From Candidatus Dormiibacterota bacterium (GTDB lineage: Bacteria > Chloroflexota > Dormibacteria > CF-121): DNA of 50,485 bases. The position numbers and the translations under genes were made by a program. Location of the stretch: positions 1-50,485 of the forward strand of contig DASZJR010000039.1 of assembly GCA_035947855.1 (NCBI GenBank). The letters are read 5' to 3'. A model generated the notes under the pieces. That model saw only the letters and a program-made list of their open reading frames with translations. It was not told where the DNA came from and searched no databases. Positions 10,483 through 19,605 of the stretch are shown in pieces (position 1 is the first letter of the stretch; every line of letters starts with the position of its first letter).

Positions 10483-11004
10483 ATGGTTGTCGCCGTTCGT
10501 CCCCCGATGGCGGAGCTCAATGAGCAGCGGACCGAGTGGGTGCGCCAGTACCGACACGACCACACTCTGGCCGACGTCTGGGCGCGAGGCCTGCGCCACG
10601 TGTCGCACTCGATCGAGACCCAGGAGCGCGTTTTCCGTATGTCGGAGCAACTGGCGCGCCGTGGGATCGATCGCCCCGACCTTTTCATGGCGCTCGAGGA
10701 AGCCGACCGCTGCGTCGCGCTATCGACCGATCCGCACGTCGCATCCGAGGCCGGCTACCGCGTGATCAGCACGCTCGTACCCCTCGCGCTGGAGTCGCTG
10801 GCGATCCGTGCGGACGAGGACGAATCCAACCTGCGGGCACTGGGATTTGATCCTCTCGCCTTCGACGGACACGACCCCAGCGCTTATGCCTGGGTGATGT
10901 TCGAGCTGAGCACGCGCGCCACCGCCGAGCGGCGGTCCCGCTGGCGGCGTTGCGTTTCAGAGGCAGCCTCGACACCCACGGCGATCGGGCTCGCCCGCCT
11001 CTAA
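10483..11004 (+). CDS. Hypothetical protein (no confident family)
   Basis: 173-aa ORF with strong G/C bias at third codon positions, preceded by the palindrome at 10433-10446. I see only a weak resemblance to an internal phosphoketolase segment (see findings). Confidence 0.4.
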   Translation: MVVAVRPPMAELNEQRTEWVRQYRHDHTLADVWARGLRHVSHSIETQERVFRMSEQLARRGIDRPDLFMALEEADRCVALSTDPHVASEAGYRVISTLVPLALESLAIRADEDESNLRALGFDPLAFDGHDPSAYAWVMFELSTRATAERRSRWRRCVSEAASTPTAIGLARL

Positions 11005-11160
11005 CGCGTCGGTCGCAGGACTTTGGGTCCCGGCCGCCGAAGATGGGGTCACCACGAGGTCGGGACCTTCGGTCCTGAAGCTTTCCGGGCTACTGCCGCA
11101 GGATGAGATCAACACCTGGAGCGTACGACCAGGCAGCAAATTTCGATGGAGGTAAATGAG

Positions 11161-11748
11161 ATGACAAAGACATTGCGGTGGCGAGTGTTGGTCCTCCAGG
11201 CCGGCCTCATCGGCATCCTGGTTTTCTGCGCTGGATTCCTGTTCTGGGGGAATTCTTTCATTCACAATCAGATTTCGACCGAGTTGACAGCCCAGCAGAT
11301 CTACTTCCCGGCTGCTAATAGCCCGGCGATCGCGGCCCTCCCGGCCGCCGACGCGACGGCCATGAACGTCTACGGTGGCCAGCAATTGACGACCGGCGAG
11401 CAAGCCAGGGTCTACGCGAACAGCTTCATCGGCGTGCATCTGAGCGAAATCGCCGGTGGCCTGACCTACTCGCAGATGAGCGCGAAGGCGCAGGCTAACC
11501 CCACCGACACGAAGATCGCCGGCCAGGTGGCCACCCTCTTCAAGGGCGAGACGCTTCGCGGGCTCTTGCTGAACGCTTACGGTTGGTGGACGATCGGAAC
11601 CTACGCCCTCTACGCGGCGCTCGGTTTGGCGGTCGCAGCCTTCGTGGTCCTCGGCGCCTTTGCGCTGGAGATCGTCCTCTGGGTCCGCCAGCGGCAGAAG
11701 GTCGCAGTCCCTTTCATCGCAGTCAAGCCGCAGGCGATTCCCGCCTAA
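11161..11748 (+). CDS. Membrane protein with N- and C-terminal TM helices and a large extracytoplasmic loop
   Basis: GGAGG at 11148-11152 lies 8 nt before ATG 11161 (the ORF opens at 11146). Hydrophobic segments are VLVLQAGLIGILVFCAGFLFW and GTYALYAALGLAVAAFVVLGAFALEIVLW. Confidence 0.7.
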   Translation: MTKTLRWRVLVLQAGLIGILVFCAGFLFWGNSFIHNQISTELTAQQIYFPAANSPAIAALPAADATAMNVYGGQQLTTGEQARVYANSFIGVHLSEIAGGLTYSQMSAKAQANPTDTKIAGQVATLFKGETLRGLLLNAYGWWTIGTYALYAALGLAVAAFVVLGAFALEIVLWVRQRQKVAVPFIAVKPQAIPA

Positions 11749-11776
11749 CGCACATACTCCCGACCTCGACCGGAAA

Positions 11777-11808
11777 CGCCTCTCGCTGCGGCAGAGCGAG
11801 GGGCGTTT
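11777..11808. terminator. Bidirectional-type intrinsic terminator between convergent genes
   Basis: An 11-bp stem, CGCCTCTCGCT / AGCGAGGGGCG (one G-U pair), with a 7-nt loop. It is flanked by AAA on the left and TTT on the right. Confidence 0.55.
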
Positions 11809-11812
11809 CGCA

Positions 11813-12095
11813 TTATCCGGGCCGGTGCCGCGATGGGGGGTCCAGGCGGATATTCCTCAGGTGCAGCCCCATCGCGAGGAGGAGGAACGGCACATGGATG
11901 GCGGGAAGGTTGTGGGCGAACCATCGGGAAGGAAGATGTCGGTGACGCCACCGCGCTCGGCGCCAAACTTGGCGGCCAGTCGGACTGCCTTCTGAGCCCC
12001 GCATAGAGCAGGTAGACGATGGACGACTCGATCGAGAGCCAGGCGAGCGTGTGCACCGCCTTGATCGACGCCAGAGCAACCGGCCTTCGCTTCAT
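11813..12095 (-). pseudogene. Decayed small membrane-protein gene (three reading frames needed)
   Basis: The ATG at 12095 overlaps the stop of the upstream N-hydroxylase gene (ATGA). Frame a reads MKRRPVALASIKAVHTLAWLSIESSIVYLLYAGLRRQS. Frame c reads RLAAKFGAERGGVTDIFLPD. Frame b reads WFAHNLPAIHVPFLLLAMGLHLRNIRLD and stops at 11813, just after the terminator. The frame-a ORF would have to read through the terminator hairpin. Confidence 0.45.
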
Positions 12096-13351
12096 TCGAC
12101 GGTCTCATCGAAATCGAAGACCGAGCTCTCACCGCTCACGTCGTACAGCTGCCGGCCGAGCAAACTATTCGCGATGATGGCGCTGCGCCACGCCATCAGG
12201 CTGAGGTTTGGATCCGCCACGCCGCGCATGTGCCGGGCAGCGTCCTGTGCATAGATACGGAGCTCGGGCGGTCCGTCCCACTCGACGGAGAAATCGGCGC
12301 GAACGGGAAGCCCGTCCCGATCCCAGCTGATTCGGTTGGCGAGCGGCTGCATCGCCTCCGGCAGTGCATAGCTGTAGCCGGTACCGAGCACGATCTGATC
12401 GGCGCGGACCGTACGGCTCGCTCCCCAACGATCGCGGAGGAAGAGATCGCAACCAGCGGAACCGTGCTGTATGTCGACGACCTCGTGGCCGGGGAGCAAG
12501 CGGACGCGGCGGCCCGCCCCTTCCAGGAACTCGAGCTCGTAAAGCCGGTCATAGAGCCGCTGCAACAGGTCCGGCGATATGCCGTCACTTGCTAGCTTCT
12601 GCTCGGCAAGGAGGACGTCGCGCTGTTCCTGAGTCAGGCTGAAGAAGTAATTGCTGTAAACAGGATTGAAAAGCTCATTGGTGAAGGGTGACTCGTCCAA
12701 TGGAAGGAAGTTCGAGCGATGCGAGATCCACACGAGTTGTAACGGCAAGCGGGCCGCATCCAGTAACAGATGCCAGACGACCTCGGCGGCACTCTGGCCG
12801 CCTCCAACGACGGCGACGACCCGCCCTATTGGGTCGACGGGGTGGCCCAGGAAATCGTTGGAATGGAAAACGACGTCGCCGAGGTTTGGTCGGGCCCAGT
12901 CCGGAATGTTCGGCACAAGGCCGGTTCCAAGCACGATGGCGTTTGCGCGGAGCATCCGGCGGTCGAGCTGGACGGTAAAGCTGTTCTGGGCCAGCCCGAC
13001 CTCACGAACCTCCGCGCCAAATTCGACATTGGGCAAGCTGCCGGACACCCATTGCAGGTATTGATTGAATTCCTTCCGACTGACCCGAGCCTCCGTCCGG
13101 TTGATAAATCGGTAAAGCCGCTTGTGGGTGCGAAGGAATGCCACGAAGGAGTATGGACTCGTGGGATCGACCAGTGTGACCAGGTCTTTCAGATAGGAGA
13201 CCTGGATGGTCGCCTCAGGAAACAGGAGGCCAGGGTGCCACTGGAAGTCCGCGCTCTTATCGAAGAATCGCGCGTTGAAGCCCGTCGGAGCTAGTAAGGC
13301 AGCTAGGCTGAGGTTGAACGGACCTACCCCTACGCCGACCGCGTCCAGCAT
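12092..13351 (-). CDS. Lysine N6-hydroxylase / ornithine N5-oxygenase family flavoprotein (IucD/PvdA/SidA-like)
   Basis: MLDAVGVGVGPFNLSLAALL (FAD-binding GxGxxN), FDKSADFQWHPGLLF, and a second dinucleotide motif VVGGGQSAAEV. I chose ATG 13351 over the longer ORF start 13411. Confidence 0.85.
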   Translation of the reverse strand: MLDAVGVGVGPFNLSLAALLAPTGFNARFFDKSADFQWHPGLLFPEATIQVSYLKDLVTLVDPTSPYSFVAFLRTHKRLYRFINRTEARVSRKEFNQYLQWVSGSLPNVEFGAEVREVGLAQNSFTVQLDRRMLRANAIVLGTGLVPNIPDWARPNLGDVVFHSNDFLGHPVDPIGRVVAVVGGGQSAAEVVWHLLLDAARLPLQLVWISHRSNFLPLDESPFTNELFNPVYSNYFFSLTQEQRDVLLAEQKLASDGISPDLLQRLYDRLYELEFLEGAGRRVRLLPGHEVVDIQHGSAGCDLFLRDRWGASRTVRADQIVLGTGYSYALPEAMQPLANRISWDRDGLPVRADFSVEWDGPPELRIYAQDAARHMRGVADPNLSLMAWRSAIIANSLLGRQLYDVSGESSVFDFDETVE

Positions 13352-13404
13352 TCGATCAGAGCCTAACGCAGGACAGGGAAGGGATCGCCCGTGATGAGAT
13401 CGCC

Positions 13405-13569
13405 ATGACAACCGTCCGCCAGCTGCGCCGGATAGCGCTGTGGCTCCCCGAAGCGACCGAGCAGGACCACCACGGCCGGCCGTCCTTTCGGGTCCGCGGG
13501 AAGATCTTCGCGACCCTGTGGGCCGCGAGAATTGACGAGGTCGGGATCAAGGAAATGACGAACGGGTGA
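13405..13569 (+). pseudogene. Truncated MmcQ/YjbR-family gene (54 codons)
   Basis: MTTVRQLRRIALWLPEATEQDHHGRPSFRVRGKIFATLWAARIDEVGIKEMTNG* matches only the N-terminal half of this roughly 110-120-aa family. It is below the ORF-track length cut-off. Confidence 0.45.
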
Positions 13570-13665
13570 CGGCCTCGACGCACTGCACCGTCAAACGCTG
13601 GCTTTGCGAAGCAATCAAGGCCCACCGAGTTCTGGCCTGTGGTGGACACGGGCCCGCGTCGGTGG

Positions 13666-14811
13666 ATGCGCGTCGGCCGATCGGCCGCGCGTGATGCCCG
13701 GGCGGCTGGCGAGGAAGCGGCCAGCCAGGCACTCGAGCAGGACAAGGCGAGCCTCTTGGTGGTGTTCTGCTCTGATGCCTACGACCTGGAGCTGCTGATC
13801 CGAACGATCAGCGAACGGTCGGGCGGCGCGCCGCTCATCGGATGCTCGACAGCGGGTGAGATCGGTGCCTCCGGCCCCGGCGATTCCAGCGTGATTGTGA
13901 CGGCGTTAGGCGGCGAGGGCTTCTCGATCGCGACGGCGCTGGCGACTGGCGCCTCCGGCCGCCTTCGCCTGGCGAGCGCTGAGGTCGCCGCATCGGTATC
14001 TCGCCTGGCCGAGCGGCCGCACAAAGTCTTGATGCTTCTCAGCGACGGCCTTTCCGGCGACCAGCAGGAGGTCGTCCGAGGGGCCTACTCCGTCGTGGGC
14101 GCCGCGGTCCCCCTGGTGGGAGGCTGCGCCGGCGACGACCTCAAGATGAAACGGACGTACCAATTCCACGGCACCCAGGTGGTAACCGATGCCGTCGTTG
14201 GGGCAGCCATCGCCTCGGATTCCCCGATGGGCATCGGCGTTCGGCACGGTTGGCGGCGCGTCGGCGAACCGATGCTGGTCACCGGCAGTGCCGACAACCG
14301 GGTCTATACCCTCGACGACAAGCCTGCGCTCGACATTTACCTGGATCGCCTCAACGCGCCGGCCGGCGCTCGTACCGATGCCGCGGCCTTCACCCGCTTT
14401 GCGATCACCCACCCCCTTGGCCTCAGCCGGCGTAGCGGCGAGGAGGTGCGCTTCGTTGGCGAAGCCAATTTCGAGGACCGGTCACTCATCTGCATCGCCG
14501 GCGTCCCGCAGGGTGGACTGGCCTGGTTCATGGAGGGCGACGACACGTCGGTGCTCGAGGCCACTGACGCGGCCTGCTCCGATGCACTGGCCTCCCTCGA
14601 TGGCCACCGCCCGGTCGGGTTCCTCGCCTTCGACTGCATCGCCCGGCGCGGCGTCCTGGGCGACGAGGGGATTCGCCGCGAAGTGTCGCGCATCGGCCTC
14701 CACGCCGGCGGCGCGCCCATCGCCGGGTTCTATACGTATGGCGAGATCGCGCGCACGAATGGCGTCAGTGGTTTTCACAATCAGACGCTGGTAATCCTCG
14801 CCCTGAGCTGA
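13666..14811 (+). CDS. FIST-domain (FIST_N + FIST_C) signal-sensor protein
   Basis: The MRVGRSAARDARAAGEEAASQAL...LLVVFCS layout is typical of FIST N-termini. ATG 13666 lies within the ORF that opens at 13639. Confidence 0.82.
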   Translation: MRVGRSAARDARAAGEEAASQALEQDKASLLVVFCSDAYDLELLIRTISERSGGAPLIGCSTAGEIGASGPGDSSVIVTALGGEGFSIATALATGASGRLRLASAEVAASVSRLAERPHKVLMLLSDGLSGDQQEVVRGAYSVVGAAVPLVGGCAGDDLKMKRTYQFHGTQVVTDAVVGAAIASDSPMGIGVRHGWRRVGEPMLVTGSADNRVYTLDDKPALDIYLDRLNAPAGARTDAAAFTRFAITHPLGLSRRSGEEVRFVGEANFEDRSLICIAGVPQGGLAWFMEGDDTSVLEATDAACSDALASLDGHRPVGFLAFDCIARRGVLGDEGIRREVSRIGLHAGGAPIAGFYTYGEIARTNGVSGFHNQTLVILALS

Positions 14812-14813
14812 CG

Positions 14814-17141
14814 ATGTCGACCTACTCCGGTGGTTGGTCGACCCAACAGCTCGCCGAGTTCCTCACCGCCATCGCGTCCTACTCAGACCGTGCGGGTGCG
14901 CTCACGGGGGCGGTCGAACGGGTCGCCGAGGCGCTCGAGGCGGAGGTTGCCGCCGTCGTTCAGGGCGATGTTGTCCTGGCCGCGGTCGGGTTTCCGGCAA
15001 ACGATATTCCCACGGCGCTGCTATGCAGGGCTGCCGCGCAAGACTCCCCCACGATCGCGCTGCCGCTCCTTGGGGTCTGCCGCGTTTCCGTCGTGGCATT
15101 GGAGGCTCCGAGAGACGCCCGTTTGCTGGTGGCACGGACCGGAGCTTCGGAATTCGTCCGTGAGGAGGCGGTCCTTTTGCGGGCGATGGGCCGCGGCCTG
15201 GCGTTGACGGTCCGCTCGCTCGCGGCGCTTGAGGAAGAGCGCCACCTGCGCGTCCGTAGTGAGGCGCAAAGCCGAGAGAACGTGCGCCTGGTGCGTCAAT
15301 TGCAGGAACGACAGACCCTCCTCGAACGTCTGGCCAAGATCGGGCAGTCGATCTCGCATCGCGCTCCGTTCACCGAGGTACTCGAGGCCATCGTCCGGGG
15401 TGCCAGCGAGCTCGTCAACGCGGAGATCGCCAGCTTCCGGTTGCGCGACGAGGCCAACCCGGACCTGCTCGTCATTCTGGCGCAGGTCGGCCTCGCCCCC
15501 GACGTGCTCGCTGAGATGGCGCTGGAACCTGCAGCTCGCGGCGCCAGCGCTCGGTCCGTGGCTGAGGACCATCTGGTGGTTATTGCGGATTACCCGCGGT
15601 TCGAAGGAGCGGTCGCCGCCCTCATACGCGACGGTGTCCAGGTCGCGATGGCTGCGCCTGTGCGAGAGACCGGCCGGGTCGTAGGTAGTCTCACCGTGGC
15701 CTCGCGCGAGGCCGGGCGCGTCTTCACGCCCGCGGAGCAGGACACGCTGGTCGCTTTCGCCGAACATGCCAGCCTGGCGCTGACTGACTCCAAGATGGCG
15801 GCCGCTATGCAGCACCAGGTCTTGCACGATGCACTCACCGATCTGCCCAACCGCACACTCTTCCTGGATCGCCTCGAGCACGCGCTGGCCCGAGCGCGGC
15901 GGGAGGTCGGCTCGATGACCGGAGTGCTCTTCATCGATCTCGACCGCTTCAAGAACGTCAACGACAGCCTGGGGCATGAGGCGGGCGACCAGTTGCTGGT
16001 CCAGCTAGGGCGTCGTTTGCGCGGGTCGATTCGCGAGGTGGACACGCCGGCCCGGCTTGGCGGCGACGAGTTTGCCGTTCTGGTGGAAGGGGTGGCGGAG
16101 CTGAATGACGTGATCATCGTCGCCCAGCGAATCCGCGACAACTTGCGGCAACCGGTGACGATCGGCGGCAACGAGATCTTCAGCAATCCCAGCATTGGCG
16201 TCGCCACCAGCAGCGATGGGCGAGAGGCGGCATCCGAACTGCTGCGCAATGCGGACACGGCCATGTACCGCGCCAAGGAGACGGGCACAAGGCCCTGTGT
16301 CGTCTTCGAGCCGACGATGCATGCCGCGGTTATGCGCCGCCTCGAACTGGATGCCGACCTCGCCCGCGCGGTCGAGCGCAATGAATTCGAGCTGCATTAC
16401 CAGCCGGTGGTTCGGCTCGAGGGGGAGACTATCGATGGCGCCGAGGCGCTGGTTCGCTGGCGACATCCGGTGAAGGGGCTGATCCCTCCGGCCGAGTTCA
16501 TCGGTGTCGCCGAGGAAACCGGGCAGATCGTGGCGCTTGGCCGCTGGGTCTTGCAGGAGGCGATCCGCCAGGCCACCGAGTGGAGGGCGACTTTGCCGGA
16601 CCGCGGGCATCTCAGCCTGAGCGTCAACGTCTCGGCACGGCAGCTGCAAGACCCGGACCTGCTCGGGCAACTCAGGCGCATGCTCTACGAATCCGAGTTC
16701 GACCCGGCTGACCTGGTGCTCGAGATCACCGAATCGGTGCTCATGAAGGACATGGCGGGGACGGTAGCGAGGCTGCGCGAGCTGAAGCAGCTCGGCCTGC
16801 GGCTGGCCATCGACGACTTCGGGACGGGGTATTCCTCACTGGGATACCTGCGTCACTTCCCAGTCGATGTCCTCAAGATCGATCGGGCGTTCGTCGATGA
16901 CATCACCGATGGCACCGAGCAGTCAGCCGTCGCTCGAGCCATCATCGGCCTCAGTGATGCCCTTCACTTGACCACGGTGGCGGAGGGGATCGAAACGGCG
17001 GGTCAACTTCGCCTGCTGCGCGTGCTCGGCTGCGAGCTGGGACAGGGCTACTATTTCTCGCCGCCGCTGCCGGCGAAGGCGTTCGAGGCTCTTTTGCAGC
17101 GTGGCATTGGCTGGAGGCCGGGCGTCGCAGTCGCCGCCTAG
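14814..17141 (+). CDS. GAF-GAF-GGDEF-EAL protein (diguanylate cyclase/phosphodiesterase)
   Basis: RLGGDEF with an upstream REVD (RxxD I-site). EAL-domain motifs are EALVRW, EITES, DDFGTGYSSL, KIDRAF, EGIET and QGYYF. It starts 2 nt after the FIST stop. Confidence 0.9.
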   Translation: MSTYSGGWSTQQLAEFLTAIASYSDRAGALTGAVERVAEALEAEVAAVVQGDVVLAAVGFPANDIPTALLCRAAAQDSPTIALPLLGVCRVSVVALEAPRDARLLVARTGASEFVREEAVLLRAMGRGLALTVRSLAALEEERHLRVRSEAQSRENVRLVRQLQERQTLLERLAKIGQSISHRAPFTEVLEAIVRGASELVNAEIASFRLRDEANPDLLVILAQVGLAPDVLAEMALEPAARGASARSVAEDHLVVIADYPRFEGAVAALIRDGVQVAMAAPVRETGRVVGSLTVASREAGRVFTPAEQDTLVAFAEHASLALTDSKMAAAMQHQVLHDALTDLPNRTLFLDRLEHALARARREVGSMTGVLFIDLDRFKNVNDSLGHEAGDQLLVQLGRRLRGSIREVDTPARLGGDEFAVLVEGVAELNDVIIVAQRIRDNLRQPVTIGGNEIFSNPSIGVATSSDGREAASELLRNADTAMYRAKETGTRPCVVFEPTMHAAVMRRLELDADLARAVERNEFELHYQPVVRLEGETIDGAEALVRWRHPVKGLIPPAEFIGVAEETGQIVALGRWVLQEAIRQATEWRATLPDRGHLSLSVNVSARQLQDPDLLGQLRRMLYESEFDPADLVLEITESVLMKDMAGTVARLRELKQLGLRLAIDDFGTGYSSLGYLRHFPVDVLKIDRAFVDDITDGTEQSAVARAIIGLSDALHLTTVAEGIETAGQLRLLRVLGCELGQGYYFSPPLPAKAFEALLQRGIGWRPGVAVAA

Positions 17142-17148
17142 GGCGATG

Positions 17149-17170
17149 GCCACCTGCATATATAGGTGGC
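17149..17170 (+). terminator. Hairpin after the GGDEF-EAL gene (no U-tract)
   Basis: GCCACCT-GCATATAT-AGGTGGC, 8 nt after the stop codon, inside an AT-rich 92-nt gap. Confidence 0.3.
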
Positions 17171-17232
17171 GAGTAGTAACAGACCAGGAAGTTATGTAGT
17201 AGTGGACGGAGTCAACGGGTCCGCGGCCTGAA

Positions 17233-17694
17233 ATGAGCCAGCACCTTGTGACGTTCGTTGTCGACGGTCTGCTCTGCTCGCTGCCGATGGAACAGGTCGA
17301 GCAGGTCGTCGCCATGCCCGCTATCACGCCGCTTCCGGGCGCCGACCGTCAAGTCCTGGGGGTTATCGATCTGCATGGATCGCCGTGCCTGGTCATCAAC
17401 CTCCGCCGGCTCCTAGGATTGCCGGAGGCGCCAATCCAGCCCGAGCAGCACCTCTTGATCGTCAAGGCTGGCCAGGGCATCTGCGCCGTTGGCGTCGACC
17501 AGGCGCTCGATGTGGCGGCCGGCGATGTCCTGACCGTGCCAGGTGATCGCCGCGCAAGAGAGCTGATTCAGGGGCTATCGCCGAGCGGCGGCCTCTTGCA
17601 CCTCGTCCTGGACAGTGCTCATTTCCTAGATGCCGCGCCGCTCGCGCCGGGACGCGCACGGAAACTCGCCACGGCTGTGGGGATTCCGGCATGA
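17233..17694 (+). CDS. cheW: CheW-like coupling protein
   Basis: 153 aa with a CheW-domain pattern (LVTFVVDGLLCSLPMEQVEQVV, VLGVIDLHGSPCLVINLRRLLG). Confidence 0.85.
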   Translation: MSQHLVTFVVDGLLCSLPMEQVEQVVAMPAITPLPGADRQVLGVIDLHGSPCLVINLRRLLGLPEAPIQPEQHLLIVKAGQGICAVGVDQALDVAAGDVLTVPGDRRARELIQGLSPSGGLLHLVLDSAHFLDAAPLAPGRARKLATAVGIPA

Positions 17695-18209
17695 CGCGAG
17701 ATTCGCAGCAGGTCCTGGTGGAGCGCGCCCGACGACTCGCGATGCCCCTCGGCGACGGTGCCGACGCCCGAGTGACGATGCTTGGCTTCACCCTCGGCGA
17801 CGAAGGATTCGTCACCGCCCTGGGGGGGCTCACCGAGGCGACACCGGTCAGTCACCTCGCGCCGCTTCCCAACGTTCCCGCGCTCTATGCGGGGATTGCC
17901 AACGTGCGGGGAGCCCTGATTCCCGTTTTCGATCTGCGAAGCGTGCTGAACATTCGCGCGCCTCGTACGGGGACGCTCCCGATCATGCTCGTTATCGACA
18001 CTCCCCAACCTGCGGGAATCTGGGTCGACCGGTTGGACGGGCTGCTGTCCGTCGAGCCCGCGACCCTCCGCCGTGATCATGGCCCGCAAGCCGCCTGGTT
18101 CCTCGGACGCACGCCCGACCTTCGCACGGCGATCGACCTTCGCGCGCTGCTAAGGACGGCCCTTGCACTGCAGACGAACCGGGTTGTGGAGGCAACCACC
18201 CGGCTATGA
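17691..18209 (+). CDS. cheW: CheW-like coupling protein (second copy)
   Basis: 172 aa ([20 protein letters not shown]). ATGA overlap with the preceding cheW. Confidence 0.85.
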   Translation: MTRDSQQVLVERARRLAMPLGDGADARVTMLGFTLGDEGFVTALGGLTEATPVSHLAPLPNVPALYAGIANVRGALIPVFDLRSVLNIRAPRTGTLPIMLVIDTPQPAGIWVDRLDGLLSVEPATLRRDHGPQAAWFLGRTPDLRTAIDLRALLRTALALQTNRVVEATTRL

Positions 18210-19579
18210 ACATCTTTGTCCGAATCCTTGCTGGTTACGCCTTGACGCTATTGATGACGCTCAGCATCGCCGCGGTCGCCGTCGTTCAGGTGGGGCAGAT
18301 GGAGACTGCCGGCAATCGGGGTGCGGGAGCGAACGCTCAACTGATCGTCGGCTTGATCGTTGTGCTCGCCATCGTCATCACGGTCGGGATTGGCGTGTTC
18401 ATTGCCCGCAGCATCTCGGTGCCCCTCGGCCAGATCACCGTCGCGGCGAACCGGATCGGAGACGGCGAGCTGATCGAGACGCCCAGCTTCGCGCGGCAAG
18501 ACGAGATCGGGGTCCTGGCGGGCGCCCTCACGCGGATGATGCAGGGCCAGCGGAAGCTCGCAGAACGCGAGCGCACGGTGAAAGAGGAATCGGCGAAGAC
18601 GATCACGCGCTACATCGCCTTTGTTGCGAGGGTCGCCGACCGGGATTTGAGCGGAACCCTCGAGGTGTCTGGCAATGGGGAGATCGCCGCGCTTGGGCGC
18701 GACCTCAACAAGATGAACGCCAACTTGCGTGAGCTGGCCGTCCAGATCCAGGACGCCACCAACGACCTCGGCTCAGGCGTTTCCGAGATCCTGGCCGCAG
18801 CCAGCGAGCAAACCTCGAGCGCGGCCAACCAGGCGACGGCCATCCAGGAGACAACCGCCACGATCAATGCCATCCGTACCACCGTCGAACAGACCTCGCA
18901 GCGATCGGGTCAGGTGGCGAGCATGGCCCGGGACTCGGTCAAGGCGACGGACGACGGCCGAGGCTCGGTCGAGTCGACGATCGAAAGCATGGCCGCGATC
19001 AAGGCGCAAGTGGAGGGCATCGCCCAGAACATCCTGGCGCTGAGCGGACAGGGCCAGCAAATCGGCGACATCATCACCACCGTCAACGACTTTGCCGAGC
19101 AGTCCAACTTGCTCGCGCTCAATGCGGCCATCGAAGCAGCCCGCGCGGGGGAACATGGAAAGGGATTTGCGGTGGTTGCCTCTGAGGTACGCAACCTGGC
19201 AGAACAGTCCAAGGTGGCCACCACCCGCGTGCGGGAGCTGCTGAGCGAGATCCAGAAGGCGACAAACAGCGCCGTCATGGTCACCGAGGAGGGACTGAAG
19301 GGCGTCGAGAGCGGCTCGAAGAACGTCGACGGCGCCGGCACTGCGATCAAATCGCTCTCGGAGACCATCCGCCGAACCGCGCAAACGGCCGAACAAATCG
19401 CGATCGCGGTTCAGCAACAAACGGTGGGCATGGAGCAAATCGCGGTGGCGATGGGCGAGATCAACCAGGCGACTGCCCAGGCGTTGGCGGGCTCACGACA
19501 GACGCAGCTATCCGCTCAAAACATCACCGAGCTCAGCGTGCGCATGAGCAAACTCGCCAGGAGCTACATCCTCTCGTAG
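18206..19579 (+). CDS. Methyl-accepting chemotaxis protein (2 TM, HAMP, no ligand-binding ectodomain)
   Basis: Contains the conserved signalling hairpin [35 protein letters not shown]. Two TM helices are separated by a loop of about 18 aa and followed by a HAMP domain. ATGA overlap with cheW2. Confidence 0.9.
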   Translation: MNIFVRILAGYALTLLMTLSIAAVAVVQVGQMETAGNRGAGANAQLIVGLIVVLAIVITVGIGVFIARSISVPLGQITVAANRIGDGELIETPSFARQDEIGVLAGALTRMMQGQRKLAERERTVKEESAKTITRYIAFVARVADRDLSGTLEVSGNGEIAALGRDLNKMNANLRELAVQIQDATNDLGSGVSEILAAASEQTSSAANQATAIQETTATINAIRTTVEQTSQRSGQVASMARDSVKATDDGRGSVESTIESMAAIKAQVEGIAQNILALSGQGQQIGDIITTVNDFAEQSNLLALNAAIEAARAGEHGKGFAVVASEVRNLAEQSKVATTRVRELLSEIQKATNSAVMVTEEGLKGVESGSKNVDGAGTAIKSLSETIRRTAQTAEQIAIAVQQQTVGMEQIAVAMGEINQATAQALAGSRQTQLSAQNITELSVRMSKLARSYILS

Positions 19580-19605
19580 CGGCGAAGCGTGAGAACAACG
19601 AAAGA

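Noticed and set aside
13356-13745. A 129-aa minus-strand ORF spanning the hydroxylase/FIST intergenic region.
   Set aside because: It overlaps the MmcQ-like fragment and the FIST start on the other strand, is low-complexity, and has no homology signal.
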